IMG/VR virus record: IMGVR_UViG_3300044712_000083
Coordinates: 32,001 to 96,000 of that record
Origin: a virus
Direction: 5' to 3' (one strand)
DNA: 64,000 nucleotides
Shown: in pieces, positions 8,877-16,906 of the stretch
Position numbering within the stretch: position 1 is the stretch's first letter
How the letters are laid out: the number at the start of each line of letters is the position of its first letter
The notes under the pieces: generated by a model
What the model saw: the letters and a program-made list of their open reading frames with translations, nothing else
The model's database searches: none
What the model was told of the DNA's origin: nothing
Made by a program: the position numbers and the translations under genes

Positions 8877-9680
8877 TTATACAGATCCTACTTGTAATGA
8901 TCCTTCATATCCTACAAATGGATTAAGTGTAGAGTAATTAGCTCCGCTGTTTGTAGCATTATGACCATTACCACTATTGTCAGTTAATTCTGCAGTGATG
9001 TTTGTTCCTTGGAAGATTAATAATTTAGTAGTAGGTAGAGCAGCTAACGGTGCAGTTGGTACAGATCCACTAAATGGTGCTGTATACACTGCAGAATCTG
9101 TCCATCTAAAATTGCTTAGATATCCATTTATGTAAGAGTCTGGCTCATTACCATATCCAATGGTTAATGGTAAGCCTGAGCTAGATATAGATGTAGACCA
9201 TGATGATGTAGCTAATTCATAACCATCAATATACATATACACTAAACTACCATTACCTACAATAGCAATGTGATGCCAACCTCCTACTAAGTTGATTCCT
9301 AAGCTACCAGGAGTTCCTGCTATTAGTGGACTACCGTTGCCCCAGAAGTAAATAACAGAGGCACCACCTTCAATAGAAATAGCGTTAGGAGCAGGATATG
9401 CACCAAAGCTGTAGACACGTGGAAATCCATTTGGATTAGCCATGTTCAAGAAGAACTCAATTGTAAAGTCTCCTGAAATATCAAAGTCCGTACTAGCAGC
9501 GATGCCTATATTGCCAGGAGGCGTTGGAGCAATTGTAGTAGTTGTAGTAGTAGTAGGATTTACATACACAGGATTATTATACATCACACGTGTAAGACTC
9601 TCCAATTGCTTAGAGATGTCCCAAAGCAATGCTGCCTTAGTGCTAGATGGTTGTCCTATCTGTTTTGAAGGTATTGCCAT
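8877..9680 (-). CDS. MAIPSKQ-type N-domain, Thr7 linker and LamG/concanavalin A-like domain
   Basis: DFTIEF, WHHIAIV, MYIDG, LTIG and GYLSNFR are LamG-like jellyroll motifs. Confidence 0.8.
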   Translation of the reverse strand: MAIPSKQIGQPSSTKAALLWDISKQLESLTRVMYNNPVYVNPTTTTTTTIAPTPPGNIGIAASTDFDISGDFTIEFFLNMANPNGFPRVYSFGAYPAPNAISIEGGASVIYFWGNGSPLIAGTPGSLGINLVGGWHHIAIVGNGSLVYMYIDGYELATSSWSTSISSSGLPLTIGYGNEPDSYINGYLSNFRWTDSAVYTAPFSGSVPTAPLAALPTTKLLIFQGTNITAELTDNSGNGHNATNSGANYSTLNPFVGYEGSLQVGSV

Positions 9681-9684
9681 GATC

Positions 9685-10182
9685 TTAAGGAGTATATGAT
9701 GGTAATGTAAATAACTTTACTGTATATAACACTTGAAGTTGAGTAACGTCAATGTCTTCACCAAATGAAAAAGATACCAATTGATCTGTTACTGAAGTTT
9801 GAATACCAGCTGCTGATTCATTAGATCTATTATTCTCACCCTGTAAATTTTTCGAAAAAATTCCAGAGTTTGCACCAAACCACAAAGTGCCTGTAGAATT
9901 ACCAAATACAGGATTAGAAGTATTAGCAATCATTGAATATTCAATAATTCCTCCTGATGATTGAGATAAGTCTACTGTAAGAAATGGAGATCCATCCTGT
10001 AACCCAATCCAAGCTCCTGAGAATGTCTCAATCTTAGCACCAGCGTTATCACCACTTGATACGTTTAATAATGTCTTCTTACTATTATAAGTGACGCTTG
10101 TCAAACTCTCTAACTGCTTAGAGATTTGCCACAACAGATTTTCTTCTGTTCCCCAACCTACTTGTTTAGATGGTATAGCCAT
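9685..10182 (-). CDS. MAIPSKQ-type N-domain with a different C-terminal beta domain
   Basis: MAIPSKQVG...LLWQISKQLESLT is nearly identical to the N-terminus of 8877..9680. Confidence 0.75.
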   Translation of the reverse strand: MAIPSKQVGWGTEENLLWQISKQLESLTSVTYNSKKTLLNVSSGDNAGAKIETFSGAWIGLQDGSPFLTVDLSQSSGGIIEYSMIANTSNPVFGNSTGTLWFGANSGIFSKNLQGENNRSNESAAGIQTSVTDQLVSFSFGEDIDVTQLQVLYTVKLFTLPSYTP

Positions 10183-10201
10183 GATAAATTTATTTTATAT
10201 T

Positions 10202-11419
10202 TTAATTTGTAGTTATAAGTGCTCCTCTTGCTTGAAGAGTTGCTTTGTCTATTAATCCTTGTCCTGTTGGAGCTGCGTTTGTTCCACCATCTAGTACTAC
10301 ACTATGACTTGGTCCAAATAACGTTGTACCATTTGTACCATCTAAGCTTACAAGTAATGCAAGTATACCATTTACAGATGCCTCATCTAACGCATTAGAT
10401 GAAAAAACAATTTGAATATCGTCTATTCTTTTAATTGTACCAATTACACCTAGTGATAGTGATGTCAATAATGAATTATATGCTATTGAAATACCGCCAT
10501 AAATATTAACAACTGTTGGTGGAACTGTAATACTTGTTACTAATGTATTTTCTATTATAAATGAATTAATAGCAGTTACATTAGGAAGATCAATTGTTAA
10601 TGTTGAAATCTCATAATTTAGCTCAACACCAAAAGTAGTTACTAGAGGGAAAGATAAAGTTGTTCCTTTATATCCTATAAGTGTTAAATTAGTAACATTA
10701 GGAAAATTAGTTGAGGTTAAATCTGTAATAGGTACATTACTATTATCCATAACTAATCTAACTGTAGAAGCATCTGATGATACTGTTGTGAACAAAGGTG
10801 CATTAGCAATATCAAGATCAAATACTGTATCAGATAAAACAACACTTGTTAATGCTGGTGCATCAGTAATTACAAGAAGTGAGGTATATGATGGTAATGA
10901 TAAAGATTGTAGACTAGTAGCACCTTGAATAATACGATTTTGACCTCCTGCACTAACCAAATTAGGAGCACTAATTGTAGTGAGAGAAGTTAAATTATAA
11001 AATTCAAAATTACTAGCAATTGTAACAACTGATGGTAAATTTATTGTAGTTAAATTTAAATAATCAGTAAGAGAAATACTTCCTAATAAAGTTATTCCTG
11101 GGAATGTAATAGAACTTACGGTTTCTGCAGCACCATTACCAAGACTACCAGCATCTCCAGTAATATATGGAAGTGTACGACTCTGAGCAATTTTAGTTCC
11201 TCCTGTTGAAGCAGAATCTGCTGCAGTAATCTGAGTTAGAATATCTACAGTTAATGTATTGATAGCCCCCACTGTACTAAACGTAACTGTAGGATCCGCA
11301 GCAGGAATACCAGAAGAAATTATAGTGTCAACTACAGAATCAAGACTAAGCTCACCCTTTACAGGTTTGTCAGTGTTCTTCCATAAACCACTCTTAATAT
11401 AAATATTAGACTTAGCCAT
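10202..11419 (-). CDS. Leucine-rich repeat / L-domain-like solenoid protein, probably structural or adhesion-related
   Basis: Repeats such as LTTINLPSVVTI, LTTISAPNLVS, LQSLSLPS, LTIDLPNVTAI. Confidence 0.7.
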   Translation of the reverse strand: MAKSNIYIKSGLWKNTDKPVKGELSLDSVVDTIISSGIPAADPTVTFSTVGAINTLTVDILTQITAADSASTGGTKIAQSRTLPYITGDAGSLGNGAAETVSSITFPGITLLGSISLTDYLNLTTINLPSVVTIASNFEFYNLTSLTTISAPNLVSAGGQNRIIQGATSLQSLSLPSYTSLLVITDAPALTSVVLSDTVFDLDIANAPLFTTVSSDASTVRLVMDNSNVPITDLTSTNFPNVTNLTLIGYKGTTLSFPLVTTFGVELNYEISTLTIDLPNVTAINSFIIENTLVTSITVPPTVVNIYGGISIAYNSLLTSLSLGVIGTIKRIDDIQIVFSSNALDEASVNGILALLVSLDGTNGTTLFGPSHSVVLDGGTNAAPTGQGLIDKATLQARGALITTN

Positions 11420-11441
11420 GATAAATTTTTGTTAAATATTA

Positions 11442-11471
11442 CAAATATATGTTACTTTAAATGATATGCAA
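11442..11471 (-). promoter_or_regulatory. Bacteroidota sigma-A-type promoter
   Basis: Minus strand TTG (11471-11469), N19, TATATTTG (11449-11442); 22 nt separate it from the ATG at 11419. Confidence 0.75.
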
Positions 11472-11528
11472 TAGAATACTATAAATTCAGATTAACGTAT
11501 TTGATTACACCATCTCTAATTAAATTAG

Positions 11529-12719
11529 TTATAGATTGATCTTGGTACCGATCATACTCATGAATGTTACTGGTACGCTTGTGTTTGTACTCAAACTAAC
11601 CTTCAATCCACAGTTGAATCTAAACCTTTTACTCAATGCTACATCAAATCCAGAGCCTGTTAATATACCCACATCCTTTGTCAGTGAGTTAGAAACATAG
11701 ATATCTGGAGACATAGATAAGTATTTATTCACTTTGAATGGTCTAGTGTAAAATGCCATCAAGCCATTACCAAACTCTCCTGTGTATGTTAATGCGTAGT
11801 TGAAACCTGTAACTCCTTTACCTATTGGTTTAATAACAGCTGCTGTAGCAAACGCTATTGTGTTACCTTGTAGATAAACTCCTGTTAAACCGTAGTTGAA
11901 AATAGCCTTACCCATCTTTGTGTATCTTGCAGACAGAGCAAACTGGTTAAAGCTACTCCATATCATAGATGTAAGTCCGTAAGACACGTTACCAAGCAGT
12001 GAGGACTGTGATGCCCCCAGTGATATGATAGCACTAAAAGGACTATCAGGTCCGCCAAGCATAGTAAGGTCAGAGCTGTAAACAATAGGATTAAGCTTAG
12101 CAGCAGCTTTGTTGGAAGCCTTAGAAGACTTCTTATCATCACTCTTTTTCTCTTTAGACTCACTTTTACTTTCTGATTTCTCTTCAGATTTAGATGAACT
12201 TTCTTCACTTTTAGACGAACTTTCACTAGAACTACTTGATTCTGAGCTACTTGAGCTTGAAGAATTAGACGAACTATTAGACGAACTAGTAGTAGGTGCA
12301 GGAGTAGAAGCTACTGCTGATGAAGTGGCAGCACTTGTAGCAGATGCTGTAGCACTACTAGTTGCAGCAGCTGTGGCAGCTTGTGTTGCTTGGGCAGTTG
12401 CTTGCTGTGTAGCTTGTTGTGTTGCCTGAGCAACAGCTTGGGTTACAGCCTGAGTAATTATTACGGTTGTAGTTGTAGTTTGTGGACAAGGCGTAGAGTT
12501 AATCATATTAATCCACGCTGTTAAAGCTCCTGTTGTTATGTCATCAGCTGTAACAACTCTAGCTTGTCCTCTATAAACTATAGTAACTGTCCCATTATTT
12601 AGTGGAACAGTTACTGTTAGTACTTGCCCAGAACACGGATCTACATACACTTGTGTTAGAACTTGAGCACTCGCTAAGTTAAAACACAATAACAGTATGA
12701 AGGTCCATATCCATTTCAC
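11529..12719 (-). CDS. Exported protein: signal peptide, small Cys domain, Thr/Ala/Ser/Glu/Lys low-complexity linker, beta-barrel-like C-terminus
   Basis: MKWIWTFILLLCFNLASAQ signal; long low-complexity tract; amphipathic strands to the C-terminus. Confidence 0.7.
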   Translation of the reverse strand: MKWIWTFILLLCFNLASAQVLTQVYVDPCSGQVLTVTVPLNNGTVTIVYRGQARVVTADDITTGALTAWINMINSTPCPQTTTTTVIITQAVTQAVAQATQQATQQATAQATQAATAAATSSATASATSAATSSAVASTPAPTTSSSNSSSNSSSSSSSESSSSSESSSKSEESSSKSEEKSESKSESKEKKSDDKKSSKASNKAAAKLNPIVYSSDLTMLGGPDSPFSAIISLGASQSSLLGNVSYGLTSMIWSSFNQFALSARYTKMGKAIFNYGLTGVYLQGNTIAFATAAVIKPIGKGVTGFNYALTYTGEFGNGLMAFYTRPFKVNKYLSMSPDIYVSNSLTKDVGILTGSGFDVALSKRFRFNCGLKVSLSTNTSVPVTFMSMIGTKINL

Positions 12720-13057
12720 TATTTAGGATCAATCTTAATAGTAGAGTCGATAGCTACCTGAGAACGTTTCAATTGTAACATCTCTTCTTGGTAGTCCCAC
12801 TTAGCTTCAAGAGCTTTGATTTTTTGGCGAGCCTTAATCTTAGCACGCATCTTGAAAATCTTTCCTTCAATCTTGGAAATCTTTACATAACGTGCAGCAG
12901 GATCTTCTTCTGTCAACTTAACAATCTCCAACTTGTGTTCTAAGTTAGAGATACGAGTTTGATACATAGGAATCTTAGCTCCTTGGTAGATTCTGTATGC
13001 AGGATATGCACTCATCACTAGTGCAATAGAACCTGCAATAATTAATTTTTCTAACAT
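12719..13057 (-). CDS. Membrane-anchored coiled-coil protein
   Basis: N-terminal hydrophobic segment followed by a helical, charged region. Confidence 0.65.
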   Translation of the reverse strand: MLEKLIIAGSIALVMSAYPAYRIYQGAKIPMYQTRISNLEHKLEIVKLTEEDPAARYVKISKIEGKIFKMRAKIKARQKIKALEAKWDYQEEMLQLKRSQVAIDSTIKIDPK

Positions 13058-13065
13058 GGTATTGG

Positions 13066-13791
13066 TTATTTAGTGAAAATCTTTTTCTTAATCATGCGTA
13101 CCACAATTTTACTAGTAGCATCTTCAAGTGCTTTCTTAGTCGTTGTACCAATTGTGGATTGATTAAACTTAACATCAGTAAAGTTAGCATCGTTCATTAA
13201 AGTTGCTTCTCTGGTAGTCTGAGCTGTACCCAAACCTGAACCAGTGAAGTACGCTCCAGTCTCAGCGTCTACAAATCTAACTTGTAAACCTAGACGAGTT
13301 ACTACAGTTTGTTTAACTCCGTTCTTCAAAGATACGGATTCATCTTCAGAAACGGAAAAATCATACACCTCAATATATACAAAATATTTTGCAAGTCTGA
13401 TTTTACCTCTTCCATCAAGTTTGTCTTCAGTGATCCCCTTTTGAGATGCCTGAAACTGCTTGACCATTCGGTTCTTGATCTCAGCTTTATCTTCAGTAAA
13501 TATAAATCGGTTGGTTTCTTCTAGGTATTCTACAACTATATTAGTGACACCAAGACCCACTCTTTTGTCTTTGAGTTCTGGATAAGAAGCATAGACATCT
13601 TCATTGATACCAAGAGATAAGAGTTGAATAGGAATGGTTGGGCCGTCATAATCCATCAATGAGTCTATGTTAATCTTCTTTTCAAAGGAAGCTGTGTAGC
13701 TTTCTGTCTTAGTTGTAGCAATCTGACCACTAACTTTGTACGTTAGTGATAAGCTCAATAATAAACTGAATAATAAGCTTAATCTCTTCAT
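13066..13791 (-). CDS. CsgG/HfaB-like exported protein
   Basis: Signal peptide; LEETNRFIFTE...AKYFVYIEVYDFS...LQVRFVDAETG...G.G...KALEDA matches the CsgG-like pattern. Confidence 0.7.
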   Translation of the reverse strand: MKRLSLLFSLLLSLSLTYKVSGQIATTKTESYTASFEKKINIDSLMDYDGPTIPIQLLSLGINEDVYASYPELKDKRVGLGVTNIVVEYLEETNRFIFTEDKAEIKNRMVKQFQASQKGITEDKLDGRGKIRLAKYFVYIEVYDFSVSEDESVSLKNGVKQTVVTRLGLQVRFVDAETGAYFTGSGLGTAQTTREATLMNDANFTDVKFNQSTIGTTTKKALEDATSKIVVRMIKKKIFTK

Positions 13792-13819
13792 ATAGTTTTC
13801 TCATTAAGAGGGGGTTTCG

Positions 13820-14131
13820 TTACCACTGTGGCTCCTCTTTCAGAGCCTCTTTTTCTGTTTTCTTTTTAGGAGCAGCCTCCTTTTCTTTAATAATAACTGT
13901 CTTACCAGCAGGAGCTGCTGATTGTTGTTGAGAGTTATTAGTAGTGATATTGATTACAGGAGCAGGTGCTGATACAGCAGCAGGTTGAGCAGCCTCAGCA
14001 GCTTTCTCTTCTCCACCACCAAATAACTGTGAACCTAAATAAGCTCCACCAGCTGTTACAATTGTTCCTACAGTTCCTACTATAGTCTTGACCAATCCTG
14101 ACCAAGTACCATCATTGTGTTCGTCTGACAT
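13820..14131 (-). CDS. Small membrane protein with Ala/Pro/Gln-rich tail
   Basis: Hydrophobic Gly/Thr segment at about aa 10-36. Confidence 0.65.
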   Translation of the reverse strand: MSDEHNDGTWSGLVKTIVGTVGTIVTAGGAYLGSQLFGGGEEKAAEAAQPAAVSAPAPVINITTNNSQQQSAAPAGKTVIIKEKEAAPKKKTEKEALKEEPQW

Positions 14132-14487
14132 TATCGTTTAATAATTAAAGGTTTTTTAATAGATACACCAGCTACATCAGTTAATGTGATGTCATATAAT
14201 CCATCAGGTAGATCTGCAAGATCGTACACTCTGGTTACAATCTCTTCCTCAGCTGTCAAAGGAAGAGTTTTAGTTGGATCAGATTGACCAAACTCATATA
14301 CTTGTACAGAATACTTTGCTCCTGTAGTTACATTATACATGACTGTAATTTTTGTTCCTTGTGCCATTACACTAAGGATATTTGTTTTATTTGTAGGATT
14401 AGCACCTAGGTTTATCTCAGGTGCAGGCAATTCTACATCAGCACACGCTGTGAGAAACAGCGATGCGATCATTATTAATTTTTTCAT
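14131..14487 (-). CDS. Lipoprotein with an Ig-like domain resembling a T9SS C-terminal sorting domain
   Basis: Lipobox LTAC; C-terminus YDLADLPDGLYDITL...KKPLIIKR. Confidence 0.65.
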   Translation of the reverse strand: MKKLIMIASLFLTACADVELPAPEINLGANPTNKTNILSVMAQGTKITVMYNVTTGAKYSVQVYEFGQSDPTKTLPLTAEEEIVTRVYDLADLPDGLYDITLTDVAGVSIKKPLIIKR

Positions 14488-14499
14488 TATAGAACTAAG

Positions 14500-16230
14500 T
14501 TAGAAGTTGTTGTATCCTGTAAGTTTAATCTTGTCTGTATTCAGGCTAATAGATAACTGTACACCTTTAGAGTCAGCAGCATCCATGATAGGGCTAACCT
14601 TGATGAATGTATTGATGTCCAATCCATTCTGTAATGCTGTAAAGCGTAACTTGAATGGAATAATATCACCTTCTACAGGAGCATTCAATTGCTGATCTAA
14701 TGCACCAAACTTGATATAACCTGTACCTTTGTTAGCAAACACATACCATTTGTTAGGTAGCTCATTCTTTAACTCTTCAAACTTAATCTTGCTCTCATCA
14801 TAAGAGAACTGGAACTGTAGAGCACCTACCTTGTTTCCATTTGTGGAAACTTTTACAGGGATCTCAATAGAGTTAGATGTCACTACAGTGTTTGTTAAGT
14901 TAACTGTAATAGGAGCTACAGCAATTGTTCTATTAACTACACCTGCACCAGCTTGTGTAACAGATGATGAGTGTGACTTATTGATGTCACCAAACAATAG
15001 ATAACTAATGTTGATAGTCTCAGGATTACCCATTTGAGGTAATGTAGTATATGAATAGAATGTAGGTCCTACAGGAAAGTTTGTAATCCAATCAGCTGGT
15101 GTAGCATTATTGTAAGAAGACTTCTTGAATGTCATCATGCTCATCCAACCATTAGATCCTACAGTGTAACCTGCTGGTAGTACAGTGAGCTGATCTACGT
15201 TTACAACTTGTGCAAACAAACGAGTCAAGTCACCACCATCTAATGCACCACTTCTATTAACATCAGCAGCTTTATATCCCGCACCACTAGTGATAACTGT
15301 GTTCTTGAATGTACCATCTAAGTTCTGTGAAATGAATTCAGACTGAGCAGCTGTGTAGTCAGAGGTTGTAATAGCAGAGTTGTATAAGTTTTGGATATGA
15401 TCCATGTTATACATAGCCAAGATCTTGTACTGTGTACTAGGAGTTAATAAACTATCAATAACATTTACAGTTCCTGTAGCTGTTACATCAAACAAAGGTC
15501 CTTGGTTAGTTGTAGCATTAATGAACGCTACCTTCATTTTAGTAGGATCAATGTTAGGACTCAAGTCAACAGTAGCCTTTACATACTTAGTAGCATCAGG
15601 ATTCTGTGTAATAACTGTAGTTAGAGGAATCTCCATCAATGTAGAACCAGAAGAACCATTCTGATTGAATGACGCAGCAAAGTTCATCTTGATAGGATCC
15701 CACGAGTTACCTACAGCTGTAGGCTTTAATCTAAATCGTAGAACTAATAAACGATCATAGTTACCGTAAGGTAGAGGATTAGGAGATGCCCAGTTTAAAT
15801 ACGCACGAACAATAGTCTTAGGTCCCCCTTGTGTAAATGTGTAGTTAGAATACTGATAGTTAATATTACCATTAGTAGTTGTGTTCTGTTGCGTAGAGTT
15901 CCAATTATAACCAGGATATTGATAGAATGTAAAATCAATTGCGGAACCTGCAGGAAGAACGCCACCATTACCACCAGTGCCAGTGTGGTTAATAGAAATT
16001 AATTCAAACGCAGCATTGTTGTATTCAAAATCAAAGTAGAGTGCACGTGATGTTGTGTTACCATTTCCGTTCATTTGAACAATAACATCAAACTCATCAC
16101 CTTTGTCAATCACACCACCACCAATATCAAATTTAGTAGAATCAGAAGCAAGCTTTAATTTAACATCTTGAGCATAAGAATGTCCAGTTAATAGCGCAAA
16201 AAACTGGACAATTAGGAGGAGTTTTTTCAT
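14500..16230 (-). CDS. Exported cohesin-like / dockerin-like / cohesin-like protein
   Basis: Signal peptide SYA-Q; GDEFDVIV...YFDFEYNNAAFELISI; EF-hand-like ADVNRSGALDGGD and GDINKS; IEIPVKV...GALQFQFSYDESKIKF. Confidence 0.7.
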   Translation of the reverse strand: MKKLLLIVQFFALLTGHSYAQDVKLKLASDSTKFDIGGGVIDKGDEFDVIVQMNGNGNTTSRALYFDFEYNNAAFELISINHTGTGGNGGVLPAGSAIDFTFYQYPGYNWNSTQQNTTTNGNINYQYSNYTFTQGGPKTIVRAYLNWASPNPLPYGNYDRLLVLRFRLKPTAVGNSWDPIKMNFAASFNQNGSSGSTLMEIPLTTVITQNPDATKYVKATVDLSPNIDPTKMKVAFINATTNQGPLFDVTATGTVNVIDSLLTPSTQYKILAMYNMDHIQNLYNSAITTSDYTAAQSEFISQNLDGTFKNTVITSGAGYKAADVNRSGALDGGDLTRLFAQVVNVDQLTVLPAGYTVGSNGWMSMMTFKKSSYNNATPADWITNFPVGPTFYSYTTLPQMGNPETINISYLLFGDINKSHSSSVTQAGAGVVNRTIAVAPITVNLTNTVVTSNSIEIPVKVSTNGNKVGALQFQFSYDESKIKFEELKNELPNKWYVFANKGTGYIKFGALDQQLNAPVEGDIIPFKLRFTALQNGLDINTFIKVSPIMDAADSKGVQLSISLNTDKIKLTGYNNF

Positions 16231-16745
16231 TATAAGAGTTTATTAATCAGGGTGTTACAAGACTTTTTCAAAGCGGCACTTAGGTTGGTTTGATTAAATT
16301 TGCCTCCATCATCAATGACCAGTGCAGCCATTGATACTTCTTCAGCAGACTCTTCTACTATTACTGTCTTTTTTACTTTATTATCTTCAATCAACTGACC
16401 TCTCATACGTATTACTACAGCATCAGAGTTGCGATGGAATACAGATAAATTAGTTTGCGTTTTGAGAACATCTAAGTACAGTAGTTCAATCTTTATTTCT
16501 TTACTAGCATCATCAGAGATATCATATCCTTCTTCTTGTAAGAACTCCTCCATAATGTTCTTAACTCCAAACGCTAAGTTTCTATTACCAGCCATCTGTC
16601 CCATTACAATTCTATTGTTAACAGGTGCAACCTTAATAGGATTGTCTGGTTTAGTGAAGTGTTTAAATATGTATACAGCCTGGATAGCCAGTGATGATCC
16701 TACAATCATGGATACGATAGCGTAGGTAATAGTAAATAGTTTCAT
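16230..16745 (-). CDS. Signal-anchored alpha/beta protein, remotely CsgG/LpoB-like
   Basis: N-terminal TM segment; FGVKNIMEEFL and FNQTNLSAALKK resemble LGVTNIVVEYL and FNQSTIGTTTKK of 13066..13791. Confidence 0.6.
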   Translation of the reverse strand: MKLFTITYAIVSMIVGSSLAIQAVYIFKHFTKPDNPIKVAPVNNRIVMGQMAGNRNLAFGVKNIMEEFLQEEGYDISDDASKEIKIELLYLDVLKTQTNLSVFHRNSDAVVIRMRGQLIEDNKVKKTVIVEESAEEVSMAALVIDDGGKFNQTNLSAALKKSCNTLINKLL

Positions 16746-16759
16746 GAGATTGGTTGTTT

Positions 16760-16787
16760 AAAAAAAGCAGGATATTATCTACCCTGC
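16760..16787 (-). terminator. Intrinsic terminator after the lysis cassette
   Basis: Minus strand GCAGGGTA-GATAA-TATCCTGC followed by T7. Confidence 0.7.
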
Positions 16788-16906
16788 CCTCTGTATTTCT
16801 TCTTCACTGATTTATCTTTCGGTCCTGCAGACTTAGCATGTTTGCCCTTACGTCTTACACCAAAGATAATCTTCTTAGATTCTGAAGATCCTTTTGCTTT
16901 TGCCAT
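16775..16906 (-). CDS. Small basic protein, 43 aa, ending KKYRGQGR; not in ORF track
   Basis: Hand translation; ATG overlaps the endolysin TAA (TAATG). Confidence 0.75.
   Translation of the reverse strand: MAKAKGSSESKKIIFGVRRKGKHAKSAGPKDKSVKKKYRGQGR

Noticed and set aside
12109-12429. Plus-strand Leu/Ala-rich ORF
   Set aside because: Antisense shadow of the low-complexity linker of 11529..12719.
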